NCBI GenBank assembly: GCA_004022145.1
Contig: RCNU01000017.1
Strand: one strand, 5' to 3'
DNA from: Paecilomyces variotii
Lineage: Eukaryota
DNA: 64,000 nt
Below the pieces are notes generated by a model. It saw nothing but the letters and a program-made list of their open reading frames with translations, did not search any database and was not told the origin of the DNA. The position numbers and the translations under genes are program-made. Below are positions 28,914 to 42,629 of the stretch, in pieces. Position 1 is the stretch's first letter; every line of letters starts with the position of its first letter.

Positions 28914-30598
28914 TCAACCATCTGAACTTCGTTGAGAAGACAGATAACCACCGGGATCGTGTTTGACCCTTGCTGCATCAGCCAAACCGGGGTAAAGGTC
29001 AGCCCATTCTTTCCCAATGGACCAGTTATTCAGATTCCGCAGGTGCCTTTCGAAGACAGGGTTGATCAAGAGCTCCTCAGAATCTGGAGAAGACAGGAGA
29101 CAGTCTGTGGCTTCATACGGCCAATTGACGGAGATAGTGCGTGTCCACGGGACAAACCATTCATCGAAGGGATAAGACTGCCAGGACATCACGACTCGAT
29201 CGCGCAAACGAGGCCAAGGAATATAGTCGACCCACGCGGGGTGTGGAGTCAATAACTGAGACGGCCGCGGTGTCAGCCATTCTGGCAAACGTTCATAGTT
29301 CTGCTGCGTGGGGTAGATCTGCCATCTCATGAGGAGGAACATTACATAGAGGACAGCTACTTGTTCGGGAAGCGACGCAATATCCGGGAAGGTTCGTAAG
29401 ACGTCCGTAAAGACCTTGGAGATGGGATGGGAGTAAACACTTTTCTCCGGGTTCAGGAGAGATGTGATACTAGGATACGGCGGGCCAACCAGTCGCTGTC
29501 TCGAGACTCCTTCTGCTGCTTGCCGCTGACGGTCACGGAGGAAGTTCAGAAGAACACTGTCAAGGGGACACGTCGGAGGAACATTCTGGATAGGAGCAGT
29601 GAAGGCTGTCAAAGGGGATTCTGCTGACAGATTGTTTGCCAGTTGCGGATCTCCAGGTGAGGCGGTTGTCGGCCCCGGACTATCTGGGGTGAGTCGGACA
29701 TCGTTCACCTTCGGTATCTGCTCAGAGCCGTCCAACAAGAAGTTGAAACCAAGCCTCTCTCCGGATTCGCCGAAATCAAGTCCATGAGTCAGATTATGCC
29801 GCTGGTAATTCAACGCTGTCGGTATAGGCCAAGGTTGTTCCACGCCATTATTAGGCCAACTTCGACGGAGTCCGACAAGAGCCGACAACTGGTCTATAGG
29901 AGAAGGAGTCCTGGCACTCGTTGTTGATTGTATATGTGGTTGTCCTGCCGGTAGCGAGCTCACACTGCTAGGGGTGCAACCATTGCTTTCTGACGGCGCA
30001 GGAGGTTGGAGCGGAGGGCGAAGTTCATGCTGAGAGAATGTTGCAGGGGGATCTGTTCCCGACGAAGGAGACCGACTGTTAGCCAGTGCAGAGATATGAG
30101 ATAGTCAGGAGAATTACTTGAGATTCCACTTGTGCGAAGCAATGGTTGTAGAATGTCAAGGACCTCTGCTAGGCGTTTCTTGATCTCTCGATTCTCCGCT
30201 TCAACCGCCTCTTTCTCCTTCAGCGCGACTTGTAGATCGAGATAGGGCTTCTGCGACGACAGATCTCGAACCTGCTGCTGCAATGCTTCAATCTGAGCCT
30301 TTGTCCGCTCTCGAATGGCTCGCTGTGCTTCTCGATCATTGGCGCGCTTTTTAGCCAGCTGCTCTGGAGTCAGATTGGCGACACCTCGTGAAGGAGCGTT
30401 GGTCGCCTTTCGCTTTCTCTTTGCGAGCGGAGCAGTTCCTGAATCAGGTGTTGATTGAACCGCCTCGGGAGACCCATCGTTGATGAGATCGTCGTCCTCA
30501 ATGCCGCTCAGTCGCGATGAGCGGAATGATGGGTGCTCGTCCCCCCGTGAAGGAGCAGCATTGCCGGTGACAGCGTAGTTGTGGCCGTCTCCTGGCAT
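28914..30598 (-). CDS. bZIP transcription factor with a C-terminal DUF3425-like domain
   Basis: KKRANDREAQRAIRERTK followed by a zipper; PHPAWVDYIPWPRLRD and NLNNW motifs; intron 30053-30117 joins the two ORFs in frame. Confidence 0.88.
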
Positions 30599-31732
30599 GG
30601 CCTCACCCACGTGTCAGCCGCCCGCGGTGCCCATCCACCAAGCTGTGTTGCTGTCGCTGAAATGTGAGGGATTGTGGCTCGGAGGCCCAGTAAGGTTGAT
30701 GATGGCGGCTAGAAGGTTAGAATACTACGGATGCTCCGAAAGATTATCATCTACTCGTGGCCCAGCCGAATGAAGACAAAATGCCTACGGATTTCGCGAC
30801 GTGCACAGTGGGGGCCAGAGCTTCAGATGATGATTCCGAAGTGATCACGTTGAACGATATGAGTACGGAGTAGAAGCAGAGTTGCAGAACGTCAAGAAGC
30901 CCTCAAGGACGGCTCAGAGGAGTAAAGGTGATCAGGATTCGAGACGATCAAGACGCAAGTTGTTCTATCGCCTACAGGAATCACTTCCGAGGAGTAGATG
31001 AAAACTAACTTTTTATTCCAAACCCCCAACACAACAGTCCAAGTACCAATGCCAATGTCGATGTCGATGTCGATGACGAATGGATTGTCTCTGCGCCAAA
31101 TATCCTCGTTTGATACTTCTATTCATCTTCACGCGCACCACTCGTAGATGACGTTCTTGGTTCTAAGGGCAATACCTGAACCTCGTAAGAGAGATATTGT
31201 ACTGTACTCTGCCAAGGAGTAGCATCTACCTTCCACTATCAACTTTTGAGTTTGCAAGGCAAGCCGTATCCCACGATTTTATATATGGTCCCATAACAAG
31301 AGATTATGTCGGCTTAAAGGTGCCGAACTCTTGTAAAATCAGTCCAGGCGGATTGTTCATTCAACATCACCGTTCTGCAGAATACGTGACTTGAGATATT
31401 TTTGTCATATCGCAGTGGATATGCAATATGTACAGTACATGAAACGCTATATAATAATCAACAACATAGGAGGTAGTATCACCAATGTACCAGCAGTAGA
31501 GGCCAGTAGGCAGGGTGGTATGCAAGACCTCAGCGAATGACATAACTAGAGCCATAGATAAGCATATCTTTCATCGTGCACGTGGCACGGCGTCAACACA
31601 GTATCTTCGGCATATGTCGCGACCTGGTAGGTCGCTAACTTAAGGGTTTTTACGTGGTATCTGAGATGGCGAAGACCACTTCAGGTGTGGAGATGGTACA
31701 CAGTCTCCCGCAGAGATGAACAATCGAATATT

Positions 31733-33037
31733 TCATTCGATCATATGTCCCATTTTTCCGATCTAGTGATACATAGTTAGCAAAACGACATGGGTCGATG
31801 GACAATATTAGAAGGAATAGGGACCTACTTTCGTTCTTAAATAACCCTCAATCTCTGAACTTCTGATCCCCTGCTTGCCACCTGTTCTCCAAGCCAACGG
31901 GATCATGGGAACTCTCTCCTTAACAGTTACCTCCCGATTCGGGCCTTCAATTGCCCGCACCTTGTCAGGGTTATTCGTGAGCAGTCTGATTCCGGCATCA
32001 GAGGAATCGACGCCCAAACCAAGATCGACTAGGATTGCAGTGGCGAGACCATAACTCCTAGCGTCCGCAGGGTGCCTCAGCAATAGATTGGCCTCCACCG
32101 TGTCAGAACCCAAATCCTGTAGATTATAGGCTTTCAATTTCTCTCCGAGTCCGATTCCACGACCTTCTTGGCGGAGATATACGATGACACCTCCTGGAGG
32201 CTCCACAGAGGACCCAGTATCGTGATCAGGCGTCGACATCAACCGCGCAGCTTCGTCCAACTGTTCACCACAATCACATCGCGCCGACCAAGCCGTTTCT
32301 CCCGTATAACACTCGGAATGGATTCTCACCAATGGCGCCTGCTTCTGCGTGCTTCGAGCGGAGCCAGGCTCCCTCAGAGCCTCAGACACAGCCTTGTCAC
32401 CAGCGTCACCAGATCCTTCAGAAGAACTTCGCGACTCCTTTCTCTTCCCCATGTCCGCCCCATCATCATAGCGGCTGCTGACCCTTCCTGGACGCAACCT
32501 CCCCACATAAGCCCCACGGATCATTCTGTCCATCTCTGTCTCTCCGGGTATCACTCGATCCAAACTCTTACTTCTGATATTATTTCCGAAGACGATTGCA
32601 AGATGTTCTTTATTGTCGACGTTATTCTGATAGAGATGGAGGAACATCTCCGCCCCCGTCGTGGTGGGGATTCGCGCGCGCACTATACATTCCACATGAG
32701 GTAACTGCGGAAGGAGTTTGGGTGTCTTTGCATTGGCACGTTCGGTTTCAATATCAGGTTGATGACTGCGCTGTTGTAAGATTTGCGCCGCATTCACGGT
32801 GCCACCCGGTGTCGCTGGAGGGGTAAAAGCGGGGGATACGATAGAGGCGGGCAAGGCCGGAGTGACTCCTTCGCGTAGGTCATGATCCCCAGCGTTTCCC
32901 TGTGGACGCGGACTCGTAATTGAGGGCAATGGAGATGTTGCAGATTCTGAATTGAGAGAATATTCGGATATAGGATGGTCGGGGTGGACGGGTTGCGGCG
33001 AAAAGTATGGCGACGCATGCGAAGGTAGGTCCGGCAT
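31733..33037 (-). CDS. RIB1: GTP cyclohydrolase II (riboflavin biosynthesis)
   Basis: [40 protein letters not shown]; terminal intron 31763-31828 gives [14 protein letters not shown]. Confidence 0.95.
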
Positions 33038-33594
33038 ACTGATGGAAGGCTGCGGCGCAGCAGCTGATGCAGGTAGAGAAAGAAGACTGTCTAACAGAAT
33101 ATAAAATCTAAACAAAAAATCATAGAAAGAGCCATAGAGGGTTGACTGAAGTCTAGGCACGTCAAGTGTGACTCTCAAGTCCGGCGGATCCTATGCGGAG
33201 ACGACCTCGGCCGTGACGCTGAATAAGCCCGCGGAACTCACCGAGAGTCCGCCGGCCACGATTTGTCAGGTCTGACAACATATCGGGGATGGATTGCCAT
33301 CTAGCACATTCTGCGCCTTTAAAAGGACAACTTCTAGTAGTGATGTCGGAAATAATAATCGAAGTGATGGATTGCTTCCACTTTGACCATGAATCAAGAT
33401 CATTGGAATTATGAACGCTATGTCGCAAGGGAAACTCCGAACCCCGCACCCTAATGACCCTATCTACTCCGAAAAGAAAAAAAAAAAACAAAAAAGGTGT
33501 ACATGTAGGCAATGGGGTATCATGATCTGAAGCATCCACCCTTCCTTTCTCAAAAAAATTGAGAATAAACATAAACATACCACATAAATTCGTC

Positions 33595-34816
33595 TCATTT
33601 CCCCGGGATGTCCAGAACGAAGCGTTTATCCACTTCCATTTCTTTGTCGTCCTCCTCACCCTCGAACTTCAAACGGTACACATCCTTCTTAGAGCCCATA
33701 ACTTCGGCTCGATAGAAAGTAGTCGTGTCAGGATATCTGGCAAGGACCTGTTTCCCAACTTGAAACGCAGGGAGCGTAGTACCGACTTGGGGTATTGGGA
33801 TCAATGAAGCTGCCGTTGTCTTGTAGACTGCACCTTGTTCGCCATTTTCGTTGGGTTCGGGATCTTGGACATCATATCTAATCGTGCAGCTGGAATTAGC
33901 AAATGCATAAAGAAACCCCCCTTGAGGATGAATATACCGTTTCTTATGCCCGTCCCCAGATATTCCCTTTATAATACACTGTATACCTTCTCCCTCCACA
34001 CCTTGCTTGTTTTTGTTGTGCTTGAAGACTACTTCAGCACCGATAACTAGCTGGCCGCTGCGTTCCGCTATGGTGCCCTTCGTCGGCTCCGCCCCTTCTT
34101 CTACCTTGACAGTGACACTGTCACGAGCATCACGAGGTTGATTGCTCGACACGCTGCTACTTCGTTGTGCAGTTCCCTTCACGCGGTTCAACTTGTCTGA
34201 TGCCGAAGTAGCCGAAGGCCCTGGCGATTCCGCGGCCGATCCATCAGTCTCATTTCTCTTCTTTCGGAACTTTGGGAGGGATGCGAGACGACTTAAGGGC
34301 GCCTCAGCCTCTGAGGCTGACCTCAATGCAGTCAGGAGTCCCAGGTTCTTTATAACGTCACTGGGTTCGTCTTGCAGGATGGCTCGTTCTTCTTCGCTAA
34401 GCTTCAACAATTGACGATAGAGGCTGTCGAGTTGGTTATGCTCTGCCAGGGTGGGTTCTGCATTTAAGGCGAGGTTATTAGAAATCCACATTCACAGAGC
34501 CAGTGAGCTCTGCAGTAGGAAAATAGATTGCGCATTACTAGATGTGACCACAAGAGAGGATCGCATATGAGGAAAACATGTTGAAGACGCGCCTCGGTCG
34601 TAACAGCTATGGCAAGGAATAAAACTTACTGCTACCCTCTCTACCAATCTTCTCATTTAAAGCCGCGATTTGCTCTCCAAGGAGACTTTGCTTGTCATTC
34701 TTTTCCTTTGCCTTGCGCAGATCCTGTATAATTTTGTTCCACATATCGGTCTCCTCGTTAGCAGCCAGACCATTGTCTCTGCTTGTTGGAGGACCTCTCG
34801 GACGGTTTCGCGACAT
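33595..34816 (-). CDS. SGF29: SAGA complex subunit with tandem Tudor domain
   Basis: YDVQDPEP, VLARYPDTTTFYRAEV, YRLKFEGEE; introns ~34458-34629 and ~33879-33937. Confidence 0.92.
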
Positions 34817-35839
34817 TTCGTCTAGCTAGATTGTTCAACAGAACCCCCTCTTGCCACCGATGCTGATTATTATGCGTCTGACGCCTGTCTCTCTGGGAAC
34901 CACGTCCCACCTGGAAACAGTGAAGTCTCCGGTCAATTACGGCGCGTCCCTCGCGCCGCAATGCTCATTAGACAACCAGTGATGAGGTAGAAATCAGCGG
35001 GAGAAACTGCGATTAACAGGCGCGATTCTGTCTGCGGAAAAGAACCTTTGAAGCTGAGATAGTAACCGGCCGGCTTTCGTTTAATCTGGGGTTCGTGATG
35101 ATCTTAGCTGCAGGGGACGTGACCGACAACTCGATATTCCGGAGTGGGTAAACTAAGTACGTACTGGGGTTCCGGGCGCGCTGGGCGTTTCTACGGCGGA
35201 CGGTTTGTCCCTTGCGGCCAAACCGATGTTCGTGTCAGCTCCAAATCGCCACTACTACTATACCTAAGCTTAAGAAAAACAGTCATTTCCATATGCCTTT
35301 TTCGAAATCAACAAAACAACATGATCGTGTTACCTTCTCATGCACACGTTCCACAATTAAGGTAAGCTACAAGGGGCCATGGATAACAAGAGGAGCTGTA
35401 TAATACGAAGGGGCTTTCAGAATTAGAGACAAGGTACCAGGAATTGGTATGGGTTGGTAAGCCGATCTCTCAATCAGAATCAGTAACTACCACAATGCTA
35501 CGGTTATCAGCTCCTATTACCTTGATTTTCTGCCAGGGTGCTAACAAAATACAATACAAGCCTGAGGCATGATACTGACTATTGAACATCACCGTAGACT
35601 TTCTCAAACCATTTCACGGGCGTGTTACGGGCTAGTGTCACTCAATAGTATGTTGACATATTGCTTGTGATCTGAACTTTGCATAACTATGTCTCTCTTC
35701 ACGCTGGCGAATCAAAACTTGTCCCAGGCGGCAGGCTCATGTCTGGGCATAGCGTCTCCTCAAGCTTTCCGCGTGGAAGATGTTGAATACTCGCCCTTCT
35801 TGATGGTACCCTAGCTTTCGAAGGGACGGGGATAAAAGA

Positions 35840-35887
35840 CAGATCAGCAGATCAGCAGATCAGCAGATCAGGTGATCAGGTGATCAC
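35840..35887 (+). repeat. Six-unit 8-bp tandem array: (CAGATCAG)4 GTGATCAG GTGATCAC
   Basis: Read directly; ends ~115 bp upstream of the kinase ATG. Confidence 0.9.
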
Positions 35888-36001
35888 TATGCACAAACGT
35901 ACTCAAGTTGTCTCGATATTCCCAGCATTCCACACTGTCTTCACCAATGATCTGAGTTTTTCCATAGCCCTGCAATAAGCCTGCTTACCCTCGTCTCAGA
36001 A

Positions 36002-37487
36002 ATGATGACGTCTCTTCTACGGTCCTTACCCCTGCTCGGACGAAGATGGACACCACGTAACTTCTCAAACCCGAACTTCGTCCGGATACCTGCAAGCCAG
36101 GCAATTGAAGAGGAGGCTATCCCAGGTTATATTGCTGCCCGGTATTACCCTACTAAAATAGGAGAAATCCTTAAGAGCCGATATCAAGTAGTGGGAAAGC
36201 TAGGATTTGGAGCTAGCTCAACTGTGTGGCTTGCACGGGATATGGAGTGAGACGCCCATGGAATATATGTTTATGATTGTCTTGCCTCTACTCGTTCTCT
36301 ACTCGTTTGCTAACTGAAAGTACAGCTGCTGTCGTTATGTTACCCTCAAGATATTCATCAAATCTGCATCATTGGGGAAGCAACTGGATGACGAGCTCAA
36401 CATATACAAACGCATGGGAGGAGCCTCACAAAGACATGCAGGTCATAAATATGTCAGATCGTTGCTCGACTCGTTTGATGTTGATGGACCTGAAGACAAA
36501 CATCGATGCCTCGTGCATCCTCCCCTATGGGAGAGTGTGTTGGCTTTTCTATTTCGCAACCCAATACGGAGACTGCCTACACCAGTTCTGGTTGTTGTGC
36601 TTCACCGTCTGTTTTTGGCACTGGACTACCTACATACAGAATGCAAGATTATACATACTGGTCTGAGCTCCTATTCCGCCTTCTGCTTCTGTTATTTACT
36701 TGGGAATGCCACCAGACATTAAGGCCGACAATATTATGTTTGGCATCGCCGATGATTCGGTTTTTAGTGATTTTGAAGAGAATGAGCTTCGGGACCCCTG
36801 TCCTAGGAAAGAGCTAGACGGAAGGACAATTTACGTTTCCCGGAAACTTGGAATGCCTAAGAAATTGGGTGCTCCAGTCCTATGCGACTTTGGCTCAGCC
36901 GTACTCGGAGATGAGATGCACTCGGAAGATATTCAACCTGATATCTATCGAGCACCGGAGGTAATTTTGGAAGTTCCATGGACATACAGAGTTGATATAT
37001 GGAATGTAGGATGCATGGTAAGACGTCCCATAATAGGGGTGCAAAGGTTCTTAAAACTTACGTCGCAGATTTGGGACATTTTTGAAGGCGAGTCCTTGTT
37101 CACTGGCCAGGACCCAGAATTTCAGACCTACCGGAGTCGAGCGCACCTCGCCGAAATGATATGTCTTCTTGGTCCGCCGCCGCCTACTCTTCTTGCACGA
37201 GGGAATATGACGCGAAAATTCTTTTCAAAGGAAGGTAAGCCAACTGCCGTCTTATTATTCAAGGCGGGTATTTACTCATTATGTCTAACTTTCTAGGTAA
37301 CTTCTGCGCTGGAATCCCAGTAAAAGAACACACTCCGCTCGAAGAGAGGGAAACCACTTTTGAGGGACAGGAAAAGGAGAAGTTTCTCTGCCTCGTACGA
37401 AAGATGCTACAGTGGGAGCCGGGAAAACGAAGCTCTGCTAAGGAACTCGAAGAAGATGAGTGGTTGCAATCAGAACTACATAAATAG
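36002..37487 (+). CDS. SRPK-like (CMGC) serine/threonine protein kinase
   Basis: KLGFGASSTVWLARD, HT|DIKADN, DFG, YRAPE, DIWNVG; GT-AG introns 36247-36325, 36661-36715, 37018-37068 and 37235-37296 give an open frame. Confidence 0.92.
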
Positions 37488-38271
37488 TCTGAGGACCATG
37501 TACTGTACCTATGTCCGTTCTACCATTTCAGCTCCCGCTAACCAATGAAATATGCAGGAGCTTTCGTGCAGCACCTCCTTGAGACATTATTAGGGCTTGT
37601 CCCAGAGGAAAAGAGAAACACGAGACTGCTCACTGCACTAACACAGACCCCCTAATTTGTGCTCTTGTGGTGTCGGCAAAAATATTTAGAACTCCCCTAA
37701 AGCCACCATTTCTAACTAGGCTTACTGCCCCTTAGATACCGCCCCTTAGGTATGGCTTTGCGCAGTAAAGTCACCTGATTAGACAAAAGCAGAAGGCGGT
37801 GAAGTAATATCAGGATAAAATGAACTAATTAGAGAACCTTGGAAAGAGAAAAGGGGCGCTGTAACGGGCTGTCTATGCCCGTGCAGGTGGTAGGTTTTGG
37901 CCACCCGCAACCAGGGATACCTAGCCGCAAGGGGCAAACTGTTTGCCGTTCCGGCCGCTAACCACTGATAGCTGCCCCAATCGGGCATTCTGTAGGGCTG
38001 AGGGCTTAGCAGTCACGGGACGGATGCGGACATGCAGGAATGATGGCGGGGAAAGGAGCTCGAAGTCGGGACTGCTCGATAGTCTATAAGATACAAGAAC
38101 TGCACCCGGAAGAATTATTATAGCTTTGAAGCGAGGTCTATCGAAGGGCTTCAGATCTCTACGGTTTCCCTATAAACCAATACTACCATATTCTTATTCT
38201 CTTGATTTGCTCTTCCCTCCCTCATTGTTTTACAAAGGTGACCGCCGTGGTCGCCTCAGTGCCTTGCCAAG

Positions 38272-39886
38272 ATGCAGATACCATTACTTCGTCTCCAGTG
38301 CGGTATGTCTATTATATACACTTAGGATAGCTCTCGGGATATATTACTGACTCCACTTAGGTGTCAATAGTTACGATTGGGGTACGCTGCCGTTAGGAAT
38401 CTGTTTATTTCTAACCCCGCACTGAACGTCAACATAGGCAAGCTGGGCCAGGAATCGGCGGCGGCCAAGTATGCAGCGACCACAGCACCTTCAGACTTCT
38501 CTATAGAGGCTGAGAAGCCATATGCTGAAGTTAGTTGTTCCGTATACTGCATAAATACGGTCGAGTGACTTACATCATTATCATCTAGTTATGGATGGGC
38601 ACGCACCCTTCTCTCCCTTCGAAAGACCTCGAGACCCAACGAACATTGCTGGACCTTGTTCAAGATAACCAGGCATTGATGTCTACTGAAATCACCGAGA
38701 GATACGGGGGAAAACTTCCTTTTCTTTTCAAGGTGCTGTCGATTAGAAAAGCCCTCAGTATCCAGGCGCACCCAAACAAGAAACTTGCGGAGCAATTACA
38801 TGCAAAGGATCCTCGAAACTATCCTGGTGAGCCTAGCTGAGAGAATTGGACTCACGCCTAGATTCTGACAAATCACGGTTTGCAGATGATAACCACAAAC
38901 CTGAGATGACGATTGCCATCACACCATTTGAAGGACTTTGCGGCTTTCGGCCATTGTCCCAGATTGTGCATTTCCTCAAAGCTGTCGACCCACTTCGAAA
39001 TCTAGTTGGTCAGCAGGCGGCAAGTGACTTCGAGGAAACTGTGAAGGGCTCAGAAGACTCTGAAGATGAGGCGGTCGTCAAGAAGAATAGAGACGCTCTG
39101 CGTGCGGTTTTCACGTCACTCATGCAGTCCTCTCAGGAAAGCATAGAGACTGCCACAAAAGATCTTGTAGCTGCGGCGGAGAACTCGCCCGCTACATTCG
39201 CTACTGGCGGTAAAGATCAGGAAATCACACCAAGTCCGAGAGAACTGGCCGAGCTCGTGATCCGTCTCAACGAACAGTTTCCGAACGACATCGGTCTGTT
39301 CGTTCTCTTCTTCCTCAATTACGTCAAGCTGTCTCCTGGTGAGGCGATGTTTCTTAAGGCAGACGATATTCACGCATACATTTCCGGCGATATCATCGAG
39401 TGTATGGCATCTTCTGATAATGTCGTCCGTGCTGGTTTTACACCTAAGTTCAAGGATGTCGATACCTTGACAAAGATGTTGACATATTCTTATGCTCCAA
39501 TTGAAGAGCAGAAGATGCATCCAACGGACTATCCATATGCGACGTTGAACACGGTCTCTTACACCAGCTCTTCTACCGCAATACTGTATGACCCTCCAAT
39601 TGAGGAGTTCAGTGTTGTGAAGACAGATCTGAACAGGACGGGAGCAAAGGCGACGTTCGATCCGATTCCTGGTCCGAGTATATTTATCTGTACTAAAGGA
39701 AAGGGCAAGATATCTGTGGGCCCAAAGACAGAAGAGATCAAGGAAGGCCATGTCTTCTTTGTAGGAGCAGATGCAGAATGCATCATTGAGAATACGGGCA
39801 GCGGAGAAGGCGATGACGATGTCTTCACTACGTTCAAGGCTTTCTGCGAGCTTACTGGAAAGGAAGACCCGGTAACCGGACACTGA
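38272..39886 (+). CDS. PMI40: Mannose-6-phosphate isomerase, multi-exon
   Basis: [61 protein letters not shown]. Confidence 0.96.
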
Positions 39887-40299
39887 ACCATTTGAACTCC
39901 TTTCGAATGTCTGCCTAACCTATGCAACGGCAATCTAGGTAGGAGATTCCGTGCAGCGGAAAAGAAACGGCATATCTTCACTCTGACGACGATATTAGCG
40001 ACGATGATAATAATTCCCGGATTTAGAAATCAAAGGGCATCTGATCCTATCAAAGGTAGAGCACTTTCATTTACCATTCGCTGCGTTATGGATAGTAGAC
40101 ACGTTTATTTTAAATATGTCTTTTCACGCAACCGTGGCCAATATAATTTGTTGGATGAGAATTACACCGGCTACTCCATCTCTCTGATCTCTGATAGGAT
40201 GGTCTACAGAAATCTGCAGTTCAATATTCAGTCTATCATATCGATTCATTACATAAAGCGCCCGGGTAGTTCAACAAGACAAGACATTTTAAGCGACTA

Positions 40300-41529
40300 T
40301 TATGAGGAGACTTTAGGAGCATATTTCGCCGCTGCCGTATCAAAGAATGCACTCTTCTCTTCCAGGTCGGTGAGAAGGCCATGCGAGGGTTGGACTTGCT
40401 GTAGGCGTCTAAACAAGCGTAATAGCTGTTAGCTAATTTGCGAGGAAATGCAGCGAAGGTGTAAACTATCCCAGAGGGGGAATATGGGTATACGTACGAG
40501 GTGAGCTCCGTGGTGTCCTTTCCACTCAGGACGTTCAGGACGATGGTGTTCGCAATCAACTGGGCGTCATCGGGGTATTTCTGAATTGCAGCAGACAGCG
40601 CAGCCTCCGCTTCAGGCAGGCGGCCAAGGTGCAGCTCAGCAACAGCTTGGCCAACGATAGACATAGCGGAAGACGTGCTAGGCGCAGAGGCGAGCTCTTC
40701 GTAAACGTAGAATGCGGATTGGTATTTGTCACCACCCTGTGTCAAAAGAATAGAGTCAGTTCGGGTTCCTTGTAGCTGAAGCAGAGAATACAGTTAACAC
40801 ATACAATTCTCATTCCAACCCAGGACTCGGCCAAGTTGAAGACAAGCGAATCCTGCGCCCAGCGCTTCGCGGCTTGCACTTCCTTCAAGGCAAGGTCGGC
40901 ACGGTTCTGTTGTAGGTGGATCTGAACGATAAGTGCGACACTACAGGTAGAGAAGAGCAATCAGTACAGTTCCGCAGTGTCGCAAATAGGACAGATGAGC
41001 TCCTGGGGGGATCTCGTCGGCATGCTTGGAGCGGACTCACGCTTCGAGGTTACCCTGATGCTTTGACAGCAGCGCCAACGCTTCCTCACTGTGTCCCTGG
41101 GCTTGCAGGACAGTTCCAGCTAGGACCTGGATGGTTCCATTCTCAGGATCCTTCTGGACCAGTTCCTGCGCCAGAGTCAGGGCAGATTCGGTGTCTCCTG
41201 CCGCCTGCTGCGCCAGCGCCTTGACTGCCGCAAGCTCAGGCGTGTCCTCTTCTCCCTCAACATCTGCGAGCACTTCTTCGGTCTGGTTCAGGGCAATCTT
41301 CGCGCGAAGCTTAAACACACGTGCCGACAATTGGTTCTCCGAGGATAGGGCAGCGGTCTCGAAGTCGATCACTTCCTGGTATTGGCCCTGGTGGAAGGCA
41401 TTGTAGATGTTAAGGAGTTCTGTAGGTGCGCAATTGCCGTTATGGTGAGCGCGCAATTCACAACAGTATCGAGATGACAGGCAAGAGTATGCTATACGAC
41501 TTACCTCCCTCCGCTGAGAATGGATCCAT
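40300..41529 (-). CDS. SEC28: Coatomer (COPI) subunit epsilon, multi-exon
   Basis: MDPFSAEG|ELLNIYNAFHQGQY, helical TPR-like segments, NLAESWVGMR|GGDKYQSAFYVYEEL, C-terminus FDTAAAKY. Confidence 0.92.
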
Positions 41530-42062
41530 GTTGATGTTTGTTAATTCGTTTCCCCTATTGTTTAGTTGACTGCGATCACGGCCTAAACCGCGGAGTTGAT
41601 CATGTTGGCTTCAGGCGGGCATTCAACCAGGAAGCTTTGCCGAGATAGTCTGCTAAGTATTAGCACCGGATCTTCTGGGGTAAGTGAGACGAGCAATGCC
41701 CGCAACTTTCTATATCCTAGAAAAGTCGAATCCTGTTATTTTCACCAGGCCAATAAATCAGAATTAAATATTCATTCTATTAATTATACAATTATATGAG
41801 TTTACTGCATACGACTCTAAACCATAAAATCGCACGCGAATAAGGAAAAACTGACAACAATGTAGTTGAAATTCACGAAAAAGAAAACCAAGACACCGAT
41901 ACCCATATCGCACGAAGACACCGAGAATGAACCTCTAGACGTCTATCATATCAGATCCAAGGTGCAAAGTGCCATAGACGGACCACGAATATTAGATACC
42001 TCCGAATGGCATCCAAAAGATGACTTCGAGGACGAGTCGAAATATGACTTGTCGTCCATGTG

Positions 42063-42629
42063 TCACGCATATCCATTTATGTTCATACGCTCCATACATT
42101 CGCGCATGACGTCTAGCTTAACCTCAATTGATTCACGCTCGAAGTTTGCGTCGTAGAGGATCCCGTAGGTCTCAGAAAAGTGTCGACGTATTAACTCGAG
42201 GAGACAGTCAGAGGACCAGAGTCGGTCATCGTCATCGTCGTCATCATCGTCGCAGTGAGAGGAATCTGAAACAGTGGATTCGAGCTCCCATTCTTCGAGC
42301 GTCCGTCCAATATTAGTTGGAGCGAGGTTGTGAGGTCTTGGCTTTGGCGTGGCCATACCAGTCCCTGTCTGATAGCCCGGTGCATTGTGAACTGCTGGGG
42401 AATTAAGACTTCCCGACAGTATATTCAGGTTACCGGCTCCAGTTCCTGGTGGGTAACAGTAGTTGCACTTTGTGTAGCCTTTAGAACCGATCGAGTCGGT
42501 AGTAGCCTTTGGCGGTATCGCTTTGAGCCAGCAGTTGTTTTTGATATTGTTTCTCGGGTCACGTTCGGGACTGGGAGAGTATGCTCTAAAGCCGGCAAAA
42601 GGAGATTCAATATTATTTTGATGCATCAT
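42063..42629 (-). CDS. Hypothetical 188-aa orphan protein with a poly-Asp tract
   Basis: ATG-initiated open frame only; no recognised domain. Confidence 0.4.
   Translation of the reverse strand: MMHQNNIESPFAGFRAYSPSPERDPRNNIKNNCWLKAIPPKATTDSIGSKGYTKCNYCYPPGTGAGNLNILSGSLNSPAVHNAPGYQTGTGMATPKPRPHNLAPTNIGRTLEEWELESTVSDSSHCDDDDDDDDDRLWSSDCLLELIRRHFSETYGILYDANFERESIEVKLDVMRECMERMNINGYA

Noticed and set aside
18923-33037. Secondary-metabolite cluster (AKR, transporter, dehydrogenase, transcription factor)
   Set aside because: No backbone synthase, and the genes are interspersed with housekeeping genes such as ARP2 and RIB1.
33038-33178. N-terminal extension of RIB1 in the ORF track
   Set aside because: Starts at a non-ATG codon and looks like 5' UTR.
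35840-35887. CRISPR-like array
   Set aside because: Simple 8-bp tandem repeat with no spacers, in a eukaryotic context.
39116-39883. 255-aa antisense ORF (also 18986-19453, 24188-24706, 32168-32704 and similar)
   Set aside because: Shadow frames opposite well-supported conserved genes.
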